64,000 nt of DNA from the NCBI GenBank assembly GCA_009103225.1, contig RHPI01002262.1, positions 940,585 to 1,004,584 on the forward strand, in the 5' to 3' direction. Within the stretch, counting starts at the first letter, position 1; the number at the start of each line of letters is the position of its first letter. The translations under genes were made by a program, and so were the position numbers. This DNA is from Chlorokybus atmophyticus (taxonomy: Eukaryota; Plantae; Mesostigma and Chlorokybus algae). Under the pieces are notes generated by a model. It made no database searches. It worked only from the letters and a program-made list of their open reading frames with translations, and was not told the origin of the DNA. Below are positions 33,209 through 46,799 of this stretch, piece by piece.

Positions 33209-34712
33209 ATGGCTGCCACTGGTGGTGACACGGCTGAGGCGGTGAGATAGCGAGAGAAGTCACTGCATGGACCTGTGCATGTGGGTATTTGTGAACTCCG
33301 TCAAACCTTGCAACAGTAACACACGGTTGCACGGTTCGTAACACACTTGACAAACACACACACTTGTGGTTCAAGCAGAGGCCGCTAATCACACCAATTC
33401 ACGTACGACTAACTTGACCACTGGTGTGGCACATGCGTGCCTGGGAAGGCACGCCAGGATGCATGCAATTGTGCATCTGGTTGATGCTTTGAGAGTGATG
33501 ATCTCATGATATTCCAGGGCCGTAATGGTTATGAGAGTCTCGCCGCATCATCTTCAACTTGGCCTTCAGCCTGCCTTCCATACGAGCTCGTGTCCTCCAT
33601 CTTGCGCTCTGAGGCCGACAGGATATACGCTGCAGACCCCAAAGATGGTATGGTAACCGCGAACCACGAAATCTGCCACAAGACAATCACACGCACATAA
33701 TGCTTTTTCTCCCACGTGTTGTGACAGGCATGGAGGCGCTGTGGATCATTCTGGCTTCGATGGGCGTGACAGGCAACGAGGGGCTGCGCATCCAAGCTGC
33801 ACTCGGCAACGAGTGGCTGGTTCGAATAGTGAGAAAAAACTCACGCACATGCACACACGTACATGCATTTGAAATGCACACGCGCACGCACACATAACAG
33901 ATGCACATGCACGAGCGCGCATGTACGCATTTGCGTGCACGCAGATACACGTGCACAGGCACGCATGCACGCACGCACGCACCCCCTTCCCACGTCCACA
34001 CACCCACATGCACCCCCCGCAGATGCTGCTCAACTCCCCGCGTCCCGCTCACTCCCTCCTCGACAGCGCATTAGCCGACGCTTGCAAGTCCGGTCACGCC
34101 CGCATCGCCTCTCTTCTCCTCCACCACGGCGCTGACCCTCTGGCTTGGGGCGCCAGAGCCCTGTCCTCCGCCGCATACAGAGGCCACATAGGCGTGATAC
34201 ATGTCCTCATTGCATCCCAACATGTGTTCCCTGCACGTGCACGTGCATCGGCACTCAGATGTGCCGCCGCGGGAGGGCACGCGGATGTCATACACATGCT
34301 GCTCAACATGGTGGAGGAGGAGGAAGACAACATGGAAGCGGGCGAGAAGGAGCGTAGTAATGTGGGTGTGTTAGAGGAGGCTGCTGAGAGGGGACACGAG
34401 GGCGTCGTGCGCGCGTTGCTCGCGTGCGAGTGGGACTGCGAGGGCACGGTGATGATGCATCTGCATCATGCACAACATCAACAACAACAGCAGCAGCAGC
34501 AGCAGCAACAACAACTCAAAAGGGTCAGAAGGGAGGTTCAGCTTCTTCAGGCGCTGAGGGCGGCGGCGAGGCACAGACGAGCGCGGGTTGTGCGCTTGCT
34601 TGTTGGGATGGAGGATGATGAACAATATGTGGGGGGTGATGCGAGGGAGGGCAAAGGTGGGGAGGTGGATGAGTTGACTGAGATTGTGCGCGAGTATGAC
34701 TTTGAATGCTGA
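33209..34712 (+). CDS. Ankyrin-repeat protein with an F-box-like N-terminal motif and a poly-Q tract; start uncertain (possibly 32707)
   Basis: LPYELVSSIL; ALADACKSGHARIASLLL, ALSSAAYRGHIGVIHVLI, ALRCAAAGGHADVIHMLL, VLEEAAERGHEGVVRALL. Confidence 0.7.
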
Positions 34713-35296
34713 GTGGGTGAGTAGGTAGGAGGGTGGGTGGTGATGTGTACTAAGTGCGGGGTGTGCGCATATGTTGGGGATATTTGCACATAGAGTGGAT
34801 GTAAGTCTCGCTGAGGTTTGGAGTGAAATAAGAATACCTGCGTTGATGAAGAACAAGTTGCTCGCCTCATAGCTGCTCGCATGCTGTGTATTGTGAATGG
34901 ATACGACTCTGACTGCTGAGTAGGTTTATATATTGTGGGGGTGGGTACGTGGGTGATGCGATGATTGCATGGTGTGGGGGTATGTGGGGATGCTGAACAT
35001 GCTTTGTGCCAGGGTTTGCTGAGGGGTAGAGTGATATGAGAGTACCTACGTAGACTGAAGGACAATGTGCTTGTCCTGTACTTCATAGAGCTTGTACTGT
35101 GCAAGGCGTGATTGGATGCTGCATCACATGTAGAAAAGAGTCACATACACTGGTAAAGCCCAACATAAGAAAAACGTGACACCAAATGAGCATAACTTTA
35201 TAACAACACTGAATGTACACTAGGCAATGACACAGCTATGGCTGTGTGCCCTACTACATACCCATCAATGCCCATTTCTCCCACACCCCACCCACT

Positions 35297-37776
35297 CTAC
35301 ACTCCTGCTACCGCTTGTTGTTCTCGCCGTATGAGCGTGCGACACGCGTGCAAGACAGCGTCATGAAACCCATCAATATTATCAAGATACACGTGGTGTC
35401 CAGCACGCGGTACCCGTATCACCTCTCCCGGCGCAGCCATCACTTTACACGCGGCCTCACCCGACCGATAATCCATCCAGTCGTACGATCCGTAAATGAA
35501 CGACGTTGGCACCCGTAAGTTGTGGACTTTGGGTAAGAGCGGGTCTCTTGCAAAGGCTCCCACAGCAAAGACATACTTCAGACACAACTCCCCTGAAGCT
35601 TTGTCCACCACAGTGTGGTAGATGTAATCCGTCAACGCGGCGTGTTCCTCCTTTGTCATCTGTCCTTCTCCACCCGATATGAATCTGCGAGTACTAAACC
35701 CCTCTACCAACCCCGGACCCCACGGGCCCGCGAGTCGAACCAACGCGAAGGGCGTCAAGTTGGCTTCGAATACCAACTTGAACACGCGGTAGCGCCAGGA
35801 GGTGGAGTCGAGACGGTCCTCGGGGGGAGGGGGAGTCACGCCAGCGGGACCCACGAGGACGAGGTGCTGGAGACGATCCGGGTACTGCACGTGGGGTGGG
35901 GTGAGAATTGAGCTTATATATGGGCAAGAGTCTGTGGAATCTCTACACACTGAGTGGCATAGGGATGCCAGTGCAGGCTGCAGTGCGATATCATGTGTGC
36001 AGGTGCGTGCGTGCGTGCGTGCGGATGAGTGTGTGTACTTGCACACGCATGCGTGCCTGCAAACGAATACGTGTACGCGTGCACGTACGCGCATGTGTGT
36101 GTATATGTGCGCATGTGTGCGAGTGCGCATGCGGCCGTGCACACACAAGTGCGATCGCGTGTGTGCGAGTTACCAATGAAACCCACACTCACCTTGAGCG
36201 CATAATTCGCAGCGATGTGCCCCCCAAACGAGTGTCCCATGAGCACCATCTTCTCCAGCCCCTTCTCCCTCCTCCACTCCTCCAGACTCTCCACAAAGAA
36301 GCTCTCCGCCTCCGCGGTGCTCTTGGCCGCGAAGGCGGGTCTCCCGGACCTCCCCCACCCCAACAAGTCGATGGCGTGCACGCGAAAGTGCGGGGAGAAC
36401 GTGTCGAGGTTCTTGAACCAGAAGCCGAGACTGGCGCCGTAACCCGCCATGCAGACCAGGTGGGGGGCGTGAGGGTTGTGGGGGGGAGGGAGGAGAGAGA
36501 TGGTGTTGATGCGGCGGTCGGGACCGCCGGGGAGGTGGACCATCTCCTGCGTGTAGGGCGTCCTAGTAGTATGCAGGGAATGCGAGGGTGAGAGAGAGGG
36601 GAGATGTGGTGGTGGGACATACGCGTGCGTGCGTGCGTGCGTGATATGCGAGCGGTTGTATGTGCGTGCGCGCGTGCGAGCGTGCGTGTGGGTATATGTA
36701 GTCGCGTAGTTGTGCTTCAAGGGTAGGTGGTAGGTGCGTAGGTGTGCACGTGTGTGCATACAATTGTGTGCTTGTGTGAGAGTGTGCATGTGTGCGCGTG
36801 CGTGCGTGTATATGCGCGCATGCATGTGCGTGGAGGAAGGAGTGACCCTGCTTACTTGACGAAGCTGAGGATGCGTGCTTCAGCAGCTTGAAGCTTCGCC
36901 TCTGATGTGGCGCGCCAGCGGGGAACCGTCGCATAGCTCAGCACCCTCTGCATGACACAGGCATGGTGCGTTAGAGCAGCACAGATGACCGAGTGCTAAT
37001 ACTCACACAAACGATATTGGCACAACATACACAAGGGGCGACTGCTAAACTGGGCGATACCAGTACAGCACACCTGGACACATACACACAACAACAAAGG
37101 CGCCTTGTGGGCTGTAACAGCACCACCGAAGGGTGGTAGCATGGTCTGCTGTGTGCAACAACATGCCAGCCGCGTACTGTAGCGCAGCGATTGCCAAGGC
37201 AAGTTCTAGGCTCATATGTCATATAACCAAGTTTTAACAAGCCACTGTACATGCTGTATACACGAGACTAAAACTATTAACAAAAACACAACTACTCTGC
37301 GTACACACCTACACACCGCACAACATATGCTGCACTTACCGATACTCACACGCCACTGTACGCAGGACCAGACACTGACATACACTGTGATGTGTGGTAA
37401 ACAACTATGCAAACACACATACTGCATGCAGACAGTCATGACGCAGCGGAGCACATGATCGCAGTCAGTGTTCACAGACTTCTGAAGCATATTGCTTCAA
37501 ACGTTTCAAAGCTATGTATAGTAGCTGTACCTGCCATAGGGAGATCGATGCGGGGGCGGTCCCCCCCGCCTTCGCCACGGCCGCCGCCATGGGCGCTACT
37601 TCCTTCAGCACCTGCTCCTCCTCAAACTCCTGGTGCAGCGGCACAGAGGCGGCAGCGGAGGCGGCGGCGGAGGAGGAAGAGGAGGAATAAACCACCCTGC
37701 TGCTAGCTGCCAGCGCCGCACAAAGCACCGCCGCAGCAGCAGCAGCCCCCGCCGTCACCCAACCCCTCACCACCAT
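35297..37776 (-). CDS. CGI-58: Alpha/beta hydrolase, CGI-58/ABHD5-like lysophosphatidic acid acyltransferase/lipase
   Basis: PRWRATSEAKLQAAEARILS, LVCMAGYGASLGFWFKN, IDLLGWGRSGRPAF, VLMGHSFGG, PTSFIYGSYDWMD, VPRAGHHVYLDN; ends in TAG. Confidence 0.88.
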
Positions 37777-38140
37777 GCAGATGGGGACTATAGATTCTCG
37801 GCTGAACCTTCTCCTTCTCACCCGCTTCCTCCGCCTTCTTCTCGCCGCCGCCGTTGCCGCCTACTTGTCGCTGTTTAGAAGCGCCACGTGGCAGTGGTCT
37901 GGGTACGTACGTACGTACATACGCAATCGTACTCAGGTACGTATCAAATGTCGGTTGAAGCGTACAAAAGTCGACGCAGTGTTGGCTGATGAGTCGGTGC
38001 ATGCATTGCGCAACCGCCTGAGGCAAAACGACGCTGTGGCTGCTCACGTGATCGGCCATGCCGCTGCCGCTGTCGCCGCCGCCTGACGGAGATGTCATGA
38101 AGGCCGAGGAGGAGGATTATCAGGTTTCGTAGTCGTGGTA

Positions 38141-41100
38141 ATGGCGGGCGCTAGCTCTAATGCCACTGTGGCGACGGTGGTGAAAAAGTTCAGATCTCTC
38201 CTGGACGTGACGGACACGGACGGGGTGGACCTGGAGCTGGACGGCGACAGCAGAGACAACCACAATCACCACGCCCACAATACTCACAGTCACAACCACA
38301 ATCATACTCATACTCAACGCAACCATAGCAATTACAACACTGCCACCAACACTCCTCACAGCCACGGCCAGCACAGCAGCAACAGTCCACGCAGCAGCCC
38401 CCACGGCAGCAGGCCAAGAGGCGGATCATTGAGAAACTTCCGTGAGGATGAGTGGGACACACTGCATCACAGCGCACTGTATGGAGGCGCACAGGACGGC
38501 AACCAAGGTGAGTTCAATAACAACGGGTTAGTTGATCAGTTGAGTGCTCATTAGCATTGTATCAGTATGAGTATCGGTGTCGAGATTCAAACCAACCCTA
38601 CTGATGCATGCATGCCAGTGCCTATCATCGTATTCATCATGGTTATCGTCCTTAGGTGTGCCATCTACGCACGCATCCACACGACCATCCTTCGACACAC
38701 ACTCCCATGCGCTCCCCCCCACACCCACCACCGCTGTTCAAGCCACCACCACCACCCATCCCAAGAGCACCCGCCCCTCCGCACACTTCACCACCGATGC
38801 AAACGACACCAGCGCTGCATCAGACCACAACAACAACAAAGGGAATGATGATGTGGACATCAAGGACAAGTTTGCGGGTGTTGATCCATACACCCACACC
38901 ACGCACACCAACACTCGTGAGAGGGATGAGGGCGTGTTGCGCGCGATGTACGAGGGATACAGCAGTTGGGACCGTCGCAAGCGCGGTTACCGTCATTTAT
39001 TCTCCTTCATGCTGTTCACGGTGGCGTACGTCATCGTGCTGCACCTGCAGAGGGACCCGGGAGCAGCCTACCAGATATCCAAAGCCATATCGGCCATACT
39101 GCCGCATGATTCGAATGGCGACTTGGAGTCGTCGTTCGCATCCTCATCGGATCTAATCAACTGGTAGGTATGGGGAGGACTTGCTTGGAGTCGACTTGCT
39201 TGCTTTTGTGTGCGTGTGCATGTGTGTGTGTGTGTGTGTGTGCCGTGTGCGTGCATGCGTGCGCTTTGATTGGATTGCTTGTGCGTATGCATCAACCTAC
39301 CTACGTTCACTCCATCAGGTTGAACAGCACAGTGACGGAGGTATGGACAGACCCGTACTGCGGCGACGGTCAGTGCGTGCGTCCCATCGAACAGCGTGCA
39401 GTAGGCCGCTTCGGGTAAGCACACACCCTCTCCACCCACCCGCCCACCAACGCACCCACACACACACACATCCCCCACTCACAGTTGTCCCCAAGACTGT
39501 TCCTGGTCCCGCGCCGTCTCGCGCGTGCAACTCCAGCTGTGGTCCACCCACGTCGTCCCCGGTGTCGACAGTTGGAACATCTGTCCTCGCGGTTCGTGTG
39601 CGATCGGCAACACCACCTCCGACATATGTTGGTTCGAGTCGGCAGTCGTGTTCGAAGCCGAGGAGACACTCTACACCGCGACGATATACCTCGCGGATAA
39701 TACGTGGGATCTTTGTCTGTACACGGGACCCGCGGCGTTGGTCAAAGGGTTTGTGGCGTTCTCGCCAATGATACCGCCGGAGGTTGCGGCAATCGCGGAG
39801 TCGGTGGCGGGGTTTGGGATAAACCCACCGACACAGGTGCGTGCGTGCGTGCGTGCGTGTGTGCAGTCGATTTGGGTTGAGCTGTCACGTATTGGAACAA
39901 TCGAAATTGGACACGCACATGGGCATGCATGCGTGCCTACGCGCGCGCACGTGCACGTGCGCGTGGGTGTGGGTGCACGCGCATGTGAGTATGTGTGCGT
40001 GTGCGTACACACGCACGCATGCACATATATGTGTACGTGAGCTGGGTCCATCTGCATTGTGACTACCCCACCCAACCCACCCCTCACCTCCTCGCACAGT
40101 ACGGCGCCGACTTCGAGTTGATCGCCTCCGAGTCTTCCTCCTCCAACCAGGCCCCCATTAAGGACTCCGCCGGTCGCGTGACTGTGGACAGCGAGCTCAA
40201 CAGCAGTCCCACCACAGACTACCGCCGCATATACACATCCCTCACCCCCAACACTTCCACCACATCTCCCGCACCCAAACTCTTCCCTCTGGGCCAGTTC
40301 GGCTTCTGCACGTGGATAGCGGATGAGATCGATCACCACAAGGCGTGCCGGAGCGTCCAGGCCATGTTCTTGGTGTGTCCATTGGGGTCGAGTAACGTCA
40401 CGGCCGCGGTGGTGGTGGAGGGGACGACACCCGCGGATATATACGAGAGGTGTATGGAGAGAAAGGCGTATAATGCGTATGTGGAGGGGCTGAATAGGGT
40501 CAATGAGACGTACCCGGGACTGAATCCGTGGGAGATTATCGGACTACTGAGGGGCTTGGTAAGGAGATGGGATGAGTTGTGGTGTCTGTGTGGTAGGCAT
40601 GTCGACTGCACGCGCATGCTGTGTACATGCGCATACACAGGGGTGCCCACTGACGTGCACGTACTCACGCATGCCTACACGCACACGCATGCACGCGTCT
40701 GTGTGCATGTGCAAGCATGTAGGCACATGTGTTTAGATGCGCGCACGCACGCACACGCACACACGCACACGCACACCCACTCTCACGCAGGAGCGCGGCC
40801 GTATCGTAGAAGCCTTGGGTCTCAACGGCACGGGTCCCGGCCTCGAGGACACTTTCTACCAGTCCATTATGGACGATTTCCAGTCCCGTTGGCCCGCTCC
40901 GACGGGTTCCTCCCTCACCAACTACGACACGGACTACTGGTCCAACTTCACTGCTCTTGCCGCCCGCGTCATCCCGTGCATACACCTGTACGGCAAGCCC
41001 GAGATCGGGAGATGCGGGGAGGCGTGCCCGAAGGATTATCTGTCGGATGGGTTCTGCGATGAGGCGTGCAATAACCCGGAATGCGAGTATGATGCGGGAG

Positions 41101-43117
41101 ACTGCGTGGCGCAACCGTGCTTCAATGATGAACCGTGGATGGCAAACACAAGTAAGGACACGTGTGAGTCAGTAACGTGTGTGCGCGTGCGTGTGCGTGT
41201 GTGCGTGCGTGTGTATGTCCACATGCGGATGACACATAGACACACGCACACGCGCGCAAACCTACTCACTCACACTCTCACTCTCACACACATACTCTGA
41301 TACACATGCACACACACGCGCACACAAGCGCACGCACGCACATCAGGGTTGTTATTGTTACTGATACCTGACTCAGCATTTGTCTCTGTCTCTGCGCAGC
41401 CGGTTACTGTTGCAATCCGTGGAGCAAAGGCGTGGGCCCCCCCTCCCGCAGCTACCCGTTCACGACGTCCCTCAAGACGCGTCAGGCGGCCAACCTGTCC
41501 GTCGACGCCGACATATTCAACGCCGCCATACGCAACAACGTGTTCCCGCCGGACGCCATGCCAAGCAAGTACAGGACGATTGGAGCTAACAGGTAGGTGT
41601 GGGTGTGGATGTGTGCCTTCTTTCCGTCGCCTTCCTCAACTCGTAAAATAGTCTGATGTTGCAGGTTGCTCGGGGGTTTGCTGTTGCATCAGACACGTAG
41701 AACTTACACGACGTGTACAAACTTAGGAAGGTGAGAGCCATCAAGCCATCAACACGACAACTAGCATGACACTCATTGTTGAGTGTGAGCGTAGGTTTTA
41801 CGAGGACCTGCCTGACCAGCTGTGCCTGAGCTCTAACACGTCTCTGGACCCCTTCGGCGCCGACTCGGTGTTCCTGCCGGGCTTCACGCTGTACCGACCC
41901 GACATGGACGTCAAAGACTACTACAAGACAAGCGAGGTACGCCCACTTGACAGCCCCCCAACAACTTGTTCCTGAAGTCTCATTGTCATCGTCAGCAGCA
42001 CCATGGACGATGCGACATAACAGCAGCACGCACACGCACACGCACACCCACACGCACGCATGCGCACATACACACATGCGCACACTCACACACATCCCTC
42101 CAGGTCAATTCTCACGGCACTCCCTGGGGTTTCCTCTCCCACTCTTCTTCCATTCGCTCGTGGCCGCCCGGGTTCCCGGTCTTCTTCGACATCAACCTGT
42201 CCGCCGCCGGCGCCGCCGACACGCTCACCTACCTCACCGAGGGCTTCTACCTGGACGCCCTCACCCGCGAGGTCCGCGCGCAGTTCGTCACGTACAACAG
42301 CCAGCTGGGAGTCTTCGCCAACGTGCGCGCGTGGTTCACTGTGACTCCCGGCGGGTCCATCGATGTGACCACGGACATACAGTCCCTCAGAGTGCAGATG
42401 TATGCCAACGGCGGGGACTGGTTCAGACTCGTGTTGGAGGTGATTGTGCTCGTGGGGGTGGTGTACTCGGCGATCAGTGAGGGGAAGGATGCCAGGAGGG
42501 CGTATAAGGCGTCCGGGGCCGTGCTGGCGCACTGGGAGAGTCTCTGGAACTTTGTGGACCTCCTGTCGATAGCGCTGCTCGTACTGGCGGCGGGCATGTG
42601 GGTGATATACGTGTTTCACTACTCGAGATCGTTCGCGGTTTCGGCAACGTACAAGGTACACGCACGTGCACGCACGCAGACACACACGCACGCACGCGCA
42701 CGCGCACACGCACACGCACACGCACACGCGCATGTATGCGAATGCGCGCACGCGTGCAAGTGCGTGCGTGCGTGCGTGCGTACATGTACACTAGCTGTAT
42801 ATGTGTACACACACACAGGTGTACGGCATGGACAAGATCCAGGGCGGTCGTTTCCCGGGTCCCGCTTACGCCCTGACTTTCGGTCACGGCGTCAACTTGG
42901 CCGTGTCGGGTTTCCCCCCTCGCGCTCTCCTCTTAGCCAACGACGGGTCGGGCCTGGACCAGCTGCAGGAGATGTACGCCGCCATCAACCAGCTGTCCGA
43001 CTGGCTAGCGGCGTACATTTTTGTGAATGGGCTGAGCATCATGTTCATGGTCATGAGAGTCATCAAACTCATGGGTGAGAGGCGGAGGGCCGTGTGAGCA
43101 CATGTGCAAACACCACG

Positions 43118-43149
<32 letters not shown>

Positions 43150-45326
43150 TATGTGTGAGCAGGTGCTGAGTGATCGCGCACGTGCCTACCTTAGCACCAC
43201 CACTGACTTGTTCTTTCTCTCTCGACAGACTTCCACGCCCGTGTGGGTTTGTTGACCCGTACCATCCTCAAGGCTCTCCAGGAGCTTCTCCACTTCTTCT
43301 TCCTGGCGTCCATCATATTCGTCGGCTACGCCTTCGTGGCTTACCTCGCGTTCGGGACCGTCCTCGACAACTTCTCGTCGTACTGGAGATCGTGCGTCAC
43401 GTGCTTCGAAATGTAATGTGTGGATGTGTGGCACGTAGTTAGTGCTTGTGCAGTCAGTGTCGATGCTGTAGAGTGTTGACACTGAGTGCTGTCGTGCCGT
43501 GCAGGCTGCTGGGACGGGTTGAGGTGGGTTCGTGGTGCACGGAGGATGTGTTATGTTGTGTGTTGTTGAGTGATGCTTGAGCGTTGTGTGTGCTGACTAC
43601 ATGTTGTCCCTGTGTTTCAGATCAATGACCAGCTGCAGAGGTTCAACGGGTACCAGCTTGCGCTGGCGATCTTGTTCTTCTGGAGCTACATCATCGTGTG
43701 CTTCTTCATCCTCCTCAACTTCTTGATTGGTATACAGATCATCAAAGTAACCAACTGCGTGTGTGCGTGTGCGAGTGTGTCTGTATGTGCGAGTGTGTCT
43801 GTATGTTTGCATGTGTGTGTGCATGCGCATGCACGCACGTGCGCACACGTCTGTACGTGTGTTTGGTTGGTTGGTTGTGTGTGTTGGCGTTGATACTGAT
43901 GTTGGTGTTGAGTAGTCGGAAACACAACTTGCTTGTGCGTGCGTGCGTGTATGTGTATATGTGTTTGCGTGTGTACGACTGTGTATGCATCTCCATCCAT
44001 ATCTCGTTGTTTTGGTGTTGTCAGCCATCATCATCGACGCGTTCACGGACGTGATCAAGGATACGCGCCAGGAGGCGACGATGCACGAGGAGATGGTGGC
44101 GATGTTCCTGGACTTCTGGAAGAAGCTCATCAACTTCAGGTCCTACGTGTCCGACAACCGCATGCTACGGTTCATGCGCAGGTGGATGCGGCTAAGAGAT
44201 CCGGAAAAGGTGGGTGTGTGAAACACAAACACCCATGTGACGCATGTTGGGATGTTAAGGCCCTGATGGTGTGCATGTATGCTGTGTGTATCAAAAGGTG
44301 GACAAGGATGTGGCGGCCAACGGCGGGATACCCGAGCCGAAGCAAGACGACGTGCTGGTGGTTGCGGGCCATGAGCTGAGGAGAAATGAGTTGAAAGGTA
44401 GTTTGATGATTATCACATGACAATGGTCATGGTGGTGGTGGTGGTGGTGGTGGTGGTGGTGGTGGTGGTGGTGGTGGTGGCTGACTGTATGTACAGATGT
44501 GATGATGGCGTGCGTGACGGACACGAAGACGCTTCATGAAGACGCCAGTACGCCGGACAAGATGGTCGACTCGTTCACCCGCAAGTAAGAGGACTTTGTG
44601 TTCTGTGTCTCAGATGCTTGCGCACGCACACACGCGCACGCGCACACACACCACCTTGTGCGCAGGATGGGTATCGCCATGCGCACGGGTCTGCTTGAGA
44701 AGGTGTCCGTGAGCCGTCCAGACATCGACGCCTCGCGCAACGTCAGTCGACGGTCCACGCGGAATGTGGACGGGAGCAGCAGCGACACCAACAGCGAAGA
44801 CAACAACCCGAGCAGCCGGGTACAACATCGACTCTACTACTACTAGTATAGTTGACTTGCGAATGTGATGTCGCTGATGCAGTGTACCGTGCAGATGGCT
44901 TTGGCGTCCGTGCAAGAGCAGGTGGGGCAGCTTCAGCGGCAACAAGCGCAGCAGTTGGCTCTTTTGCAACAGATCGCTTCCGCCCTCAAACTACCCGCAC
45001 AGGTGCGCTCACGGGAGTTGAAGTCTCTGAGTTTGTGTATATCGCGCATGTGTGTCTGTGTGCGTGCGCGCTCACACACGTACTCTCAACATCACTCCCT
45101 CACATGTCTCTCATCTTCGTTTCAGACTCTTGAGACTCCACCTGTTGTTGTGCAGGGAGAGGGAGGTGTTGGCCTCAAACGGGCGGTCTCCGAGGGGCGT
45201 TACTACTCGCCCGTGTCGTCCCCGCGGGGGAGCTCGATACCCTTGCCCCCATCGTCCCCGAGGGCGGTCATGAACACACTCGAGCGCACGCGGTCGCAGG
45301 CGCTCATAAACGACACTACTAAATAA
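38141..45326 (+). CDS. Polycystin/PKD2-like cation channel with a large extracellular region containing Cys-rich and LNR-like motifs; many exons
   Basis: First TM LFSFMLFTVAYVIVL; CGDGQC and CPKDYLSDGFCDEACNNPECEYDAGDC; TOP-like YLDALTREVRAQFVTYNSQL; WNFVDLLSI; YIVCFFILLNFLI/AIIIDAF. Confidence 0.82.
44430..44480. repeat. Intronic (TGG)n trinucleotide repeat
   Basis: About 17 perfect TGG units. Confidence 0.95.
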
Positions 45327-45459
45327 GAAGCAACCGCTAGATTGGTGCATCCATACGTAAATAGTAGTAGTACACATATACATGTTGAGGGTGAGGAAAG
45401 AAATGCAATGTAGTTGCACATGCATAAAAACACCCTAACACATTTATACACGCGCAACG

Positions 45460-45700
45460 GAGGTAAACTGCCGATCGTATATGAGACCGCGACTTTATGC
45501 CTCTAGCCATGGAGACATACGGCTGGTTGGGGTAAGCCCTTTGACAGAGTTGACTTCGAATGAGTACGCTGCATTATGCAGCAACGTGGGTTGAAGACCA
45601 AATTCTTGTGCGCTTTTCGACTCGGTTTTGTTAGCGCATATCGACTGCGTTCCAACATGCAAGCCAGTGCAATACTGCACGTGCGGCGGGTTGCTTGCGC
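45460..45700 (+). mobile_element. Short decayed 3' remnant of a restriction-like-endonuclease non-LTR retrotransposon (CRE-like)
   Basis: The frame from 45491 reads DFMPLAMETYGWLG*AL*...RFC*RISTAFQHAS, resembling the recalled F.P.A.E..G.LG...QR.S.ALQ tail of RLE-type LINE ORFs; several stops. Confidence 0.45.
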
Positions 45701-46103
45701 TCTAGCGCGCCTGCATCGACCTTGTTTGATGACGCGTCGCTTTCCGTGCGCACCGGCGAGTGTGTGCATGTTGGATGCGTGTATGATGTAACCACGTACT
45801 GCGATGCGCACATGATTATTTATATTCTCCAACATACCCTATCGCGTTTTGCTCTGTGGCCACTTAACAAGCAACGAACATGCTTGATAGAAACCTTGCA
45901 CGGCAACGCTAAAGATGCATATTTCATACGCACTGTGAATCAAGAAAAAACCAGGGAAATCAATGCTTTTAAGATGCTTCATTGTATGTGTACAGTGTGA
46001 GTGTGGATGCCCTCAACATCGACAAAATCACGTAGTTGCTACAATAGCTCCAGGTAATATAAGTGTTTTTGGATACTGTTTATGATAAGGCTAAGTGCAT
46101 AAT

Positions 46104-46207
46104 TATATAGCGTGCTGTTTTGGTGCAAATGCACCATAATATTCACTTGGTAAACTATATAGCGTGCTATTTCGGTGCAAGTGCACCATGATATTTATTT
46201 GGTAAAC
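46104..46207. repeat. 52-bp tandem duplication with an internal palindrome
   Basis: Units at 46104 and 46156, each with GGTGCA-NN-TGCACC. Confidence 0.85.
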
Positions 46208-46799
46208 TGTAGACAATGAAAACAATCACCTCTCAAGATGCTCGTTGCTAGTGGCAAGTGCTCTATACAAGAGCATATTGCAGTGGCAAGTGTGCGTGTT
46301 TGTATACATGTTGCAGCACGAGGGTGTGTAATACTGTCAGAAGTTGATGTTATTGAGCAAAGGTGCTGCGTGATAGCCGGATGGCTGCAGTGTTGCATCC
46401 CGGTACACACAGAGCAAGCATGCAGCGCAATGACTTTTGGTAACGCACTGCATGAAGAAAACTAACATGACATGACAGCCTTCAATAATAATACCATGGC
46501 ACCGGAAGCACATTGACCTAGTATGCAGGCTGTCATGTCAGCATCTCGCCATTGAGGTATGTATGGTGAGTGCGATTATGTATCGCCGACATTGTGGACG
46601 CACTTCAGTGGCGCAGTTCTTATCACGCCACACTGGAGCACCCGCAACAATTGACTCAACACACAAAAGACAGTACATTGATTGCACACAATGTCGTTCA
46701 ATCAATTAGGTCATCCTCTCAACAATGCTGAAAGCCCGCGCACCACACGTCACAAGCCAGCCAATGTGACGATACGAATGTTCTATCCTGTAACCCCTC

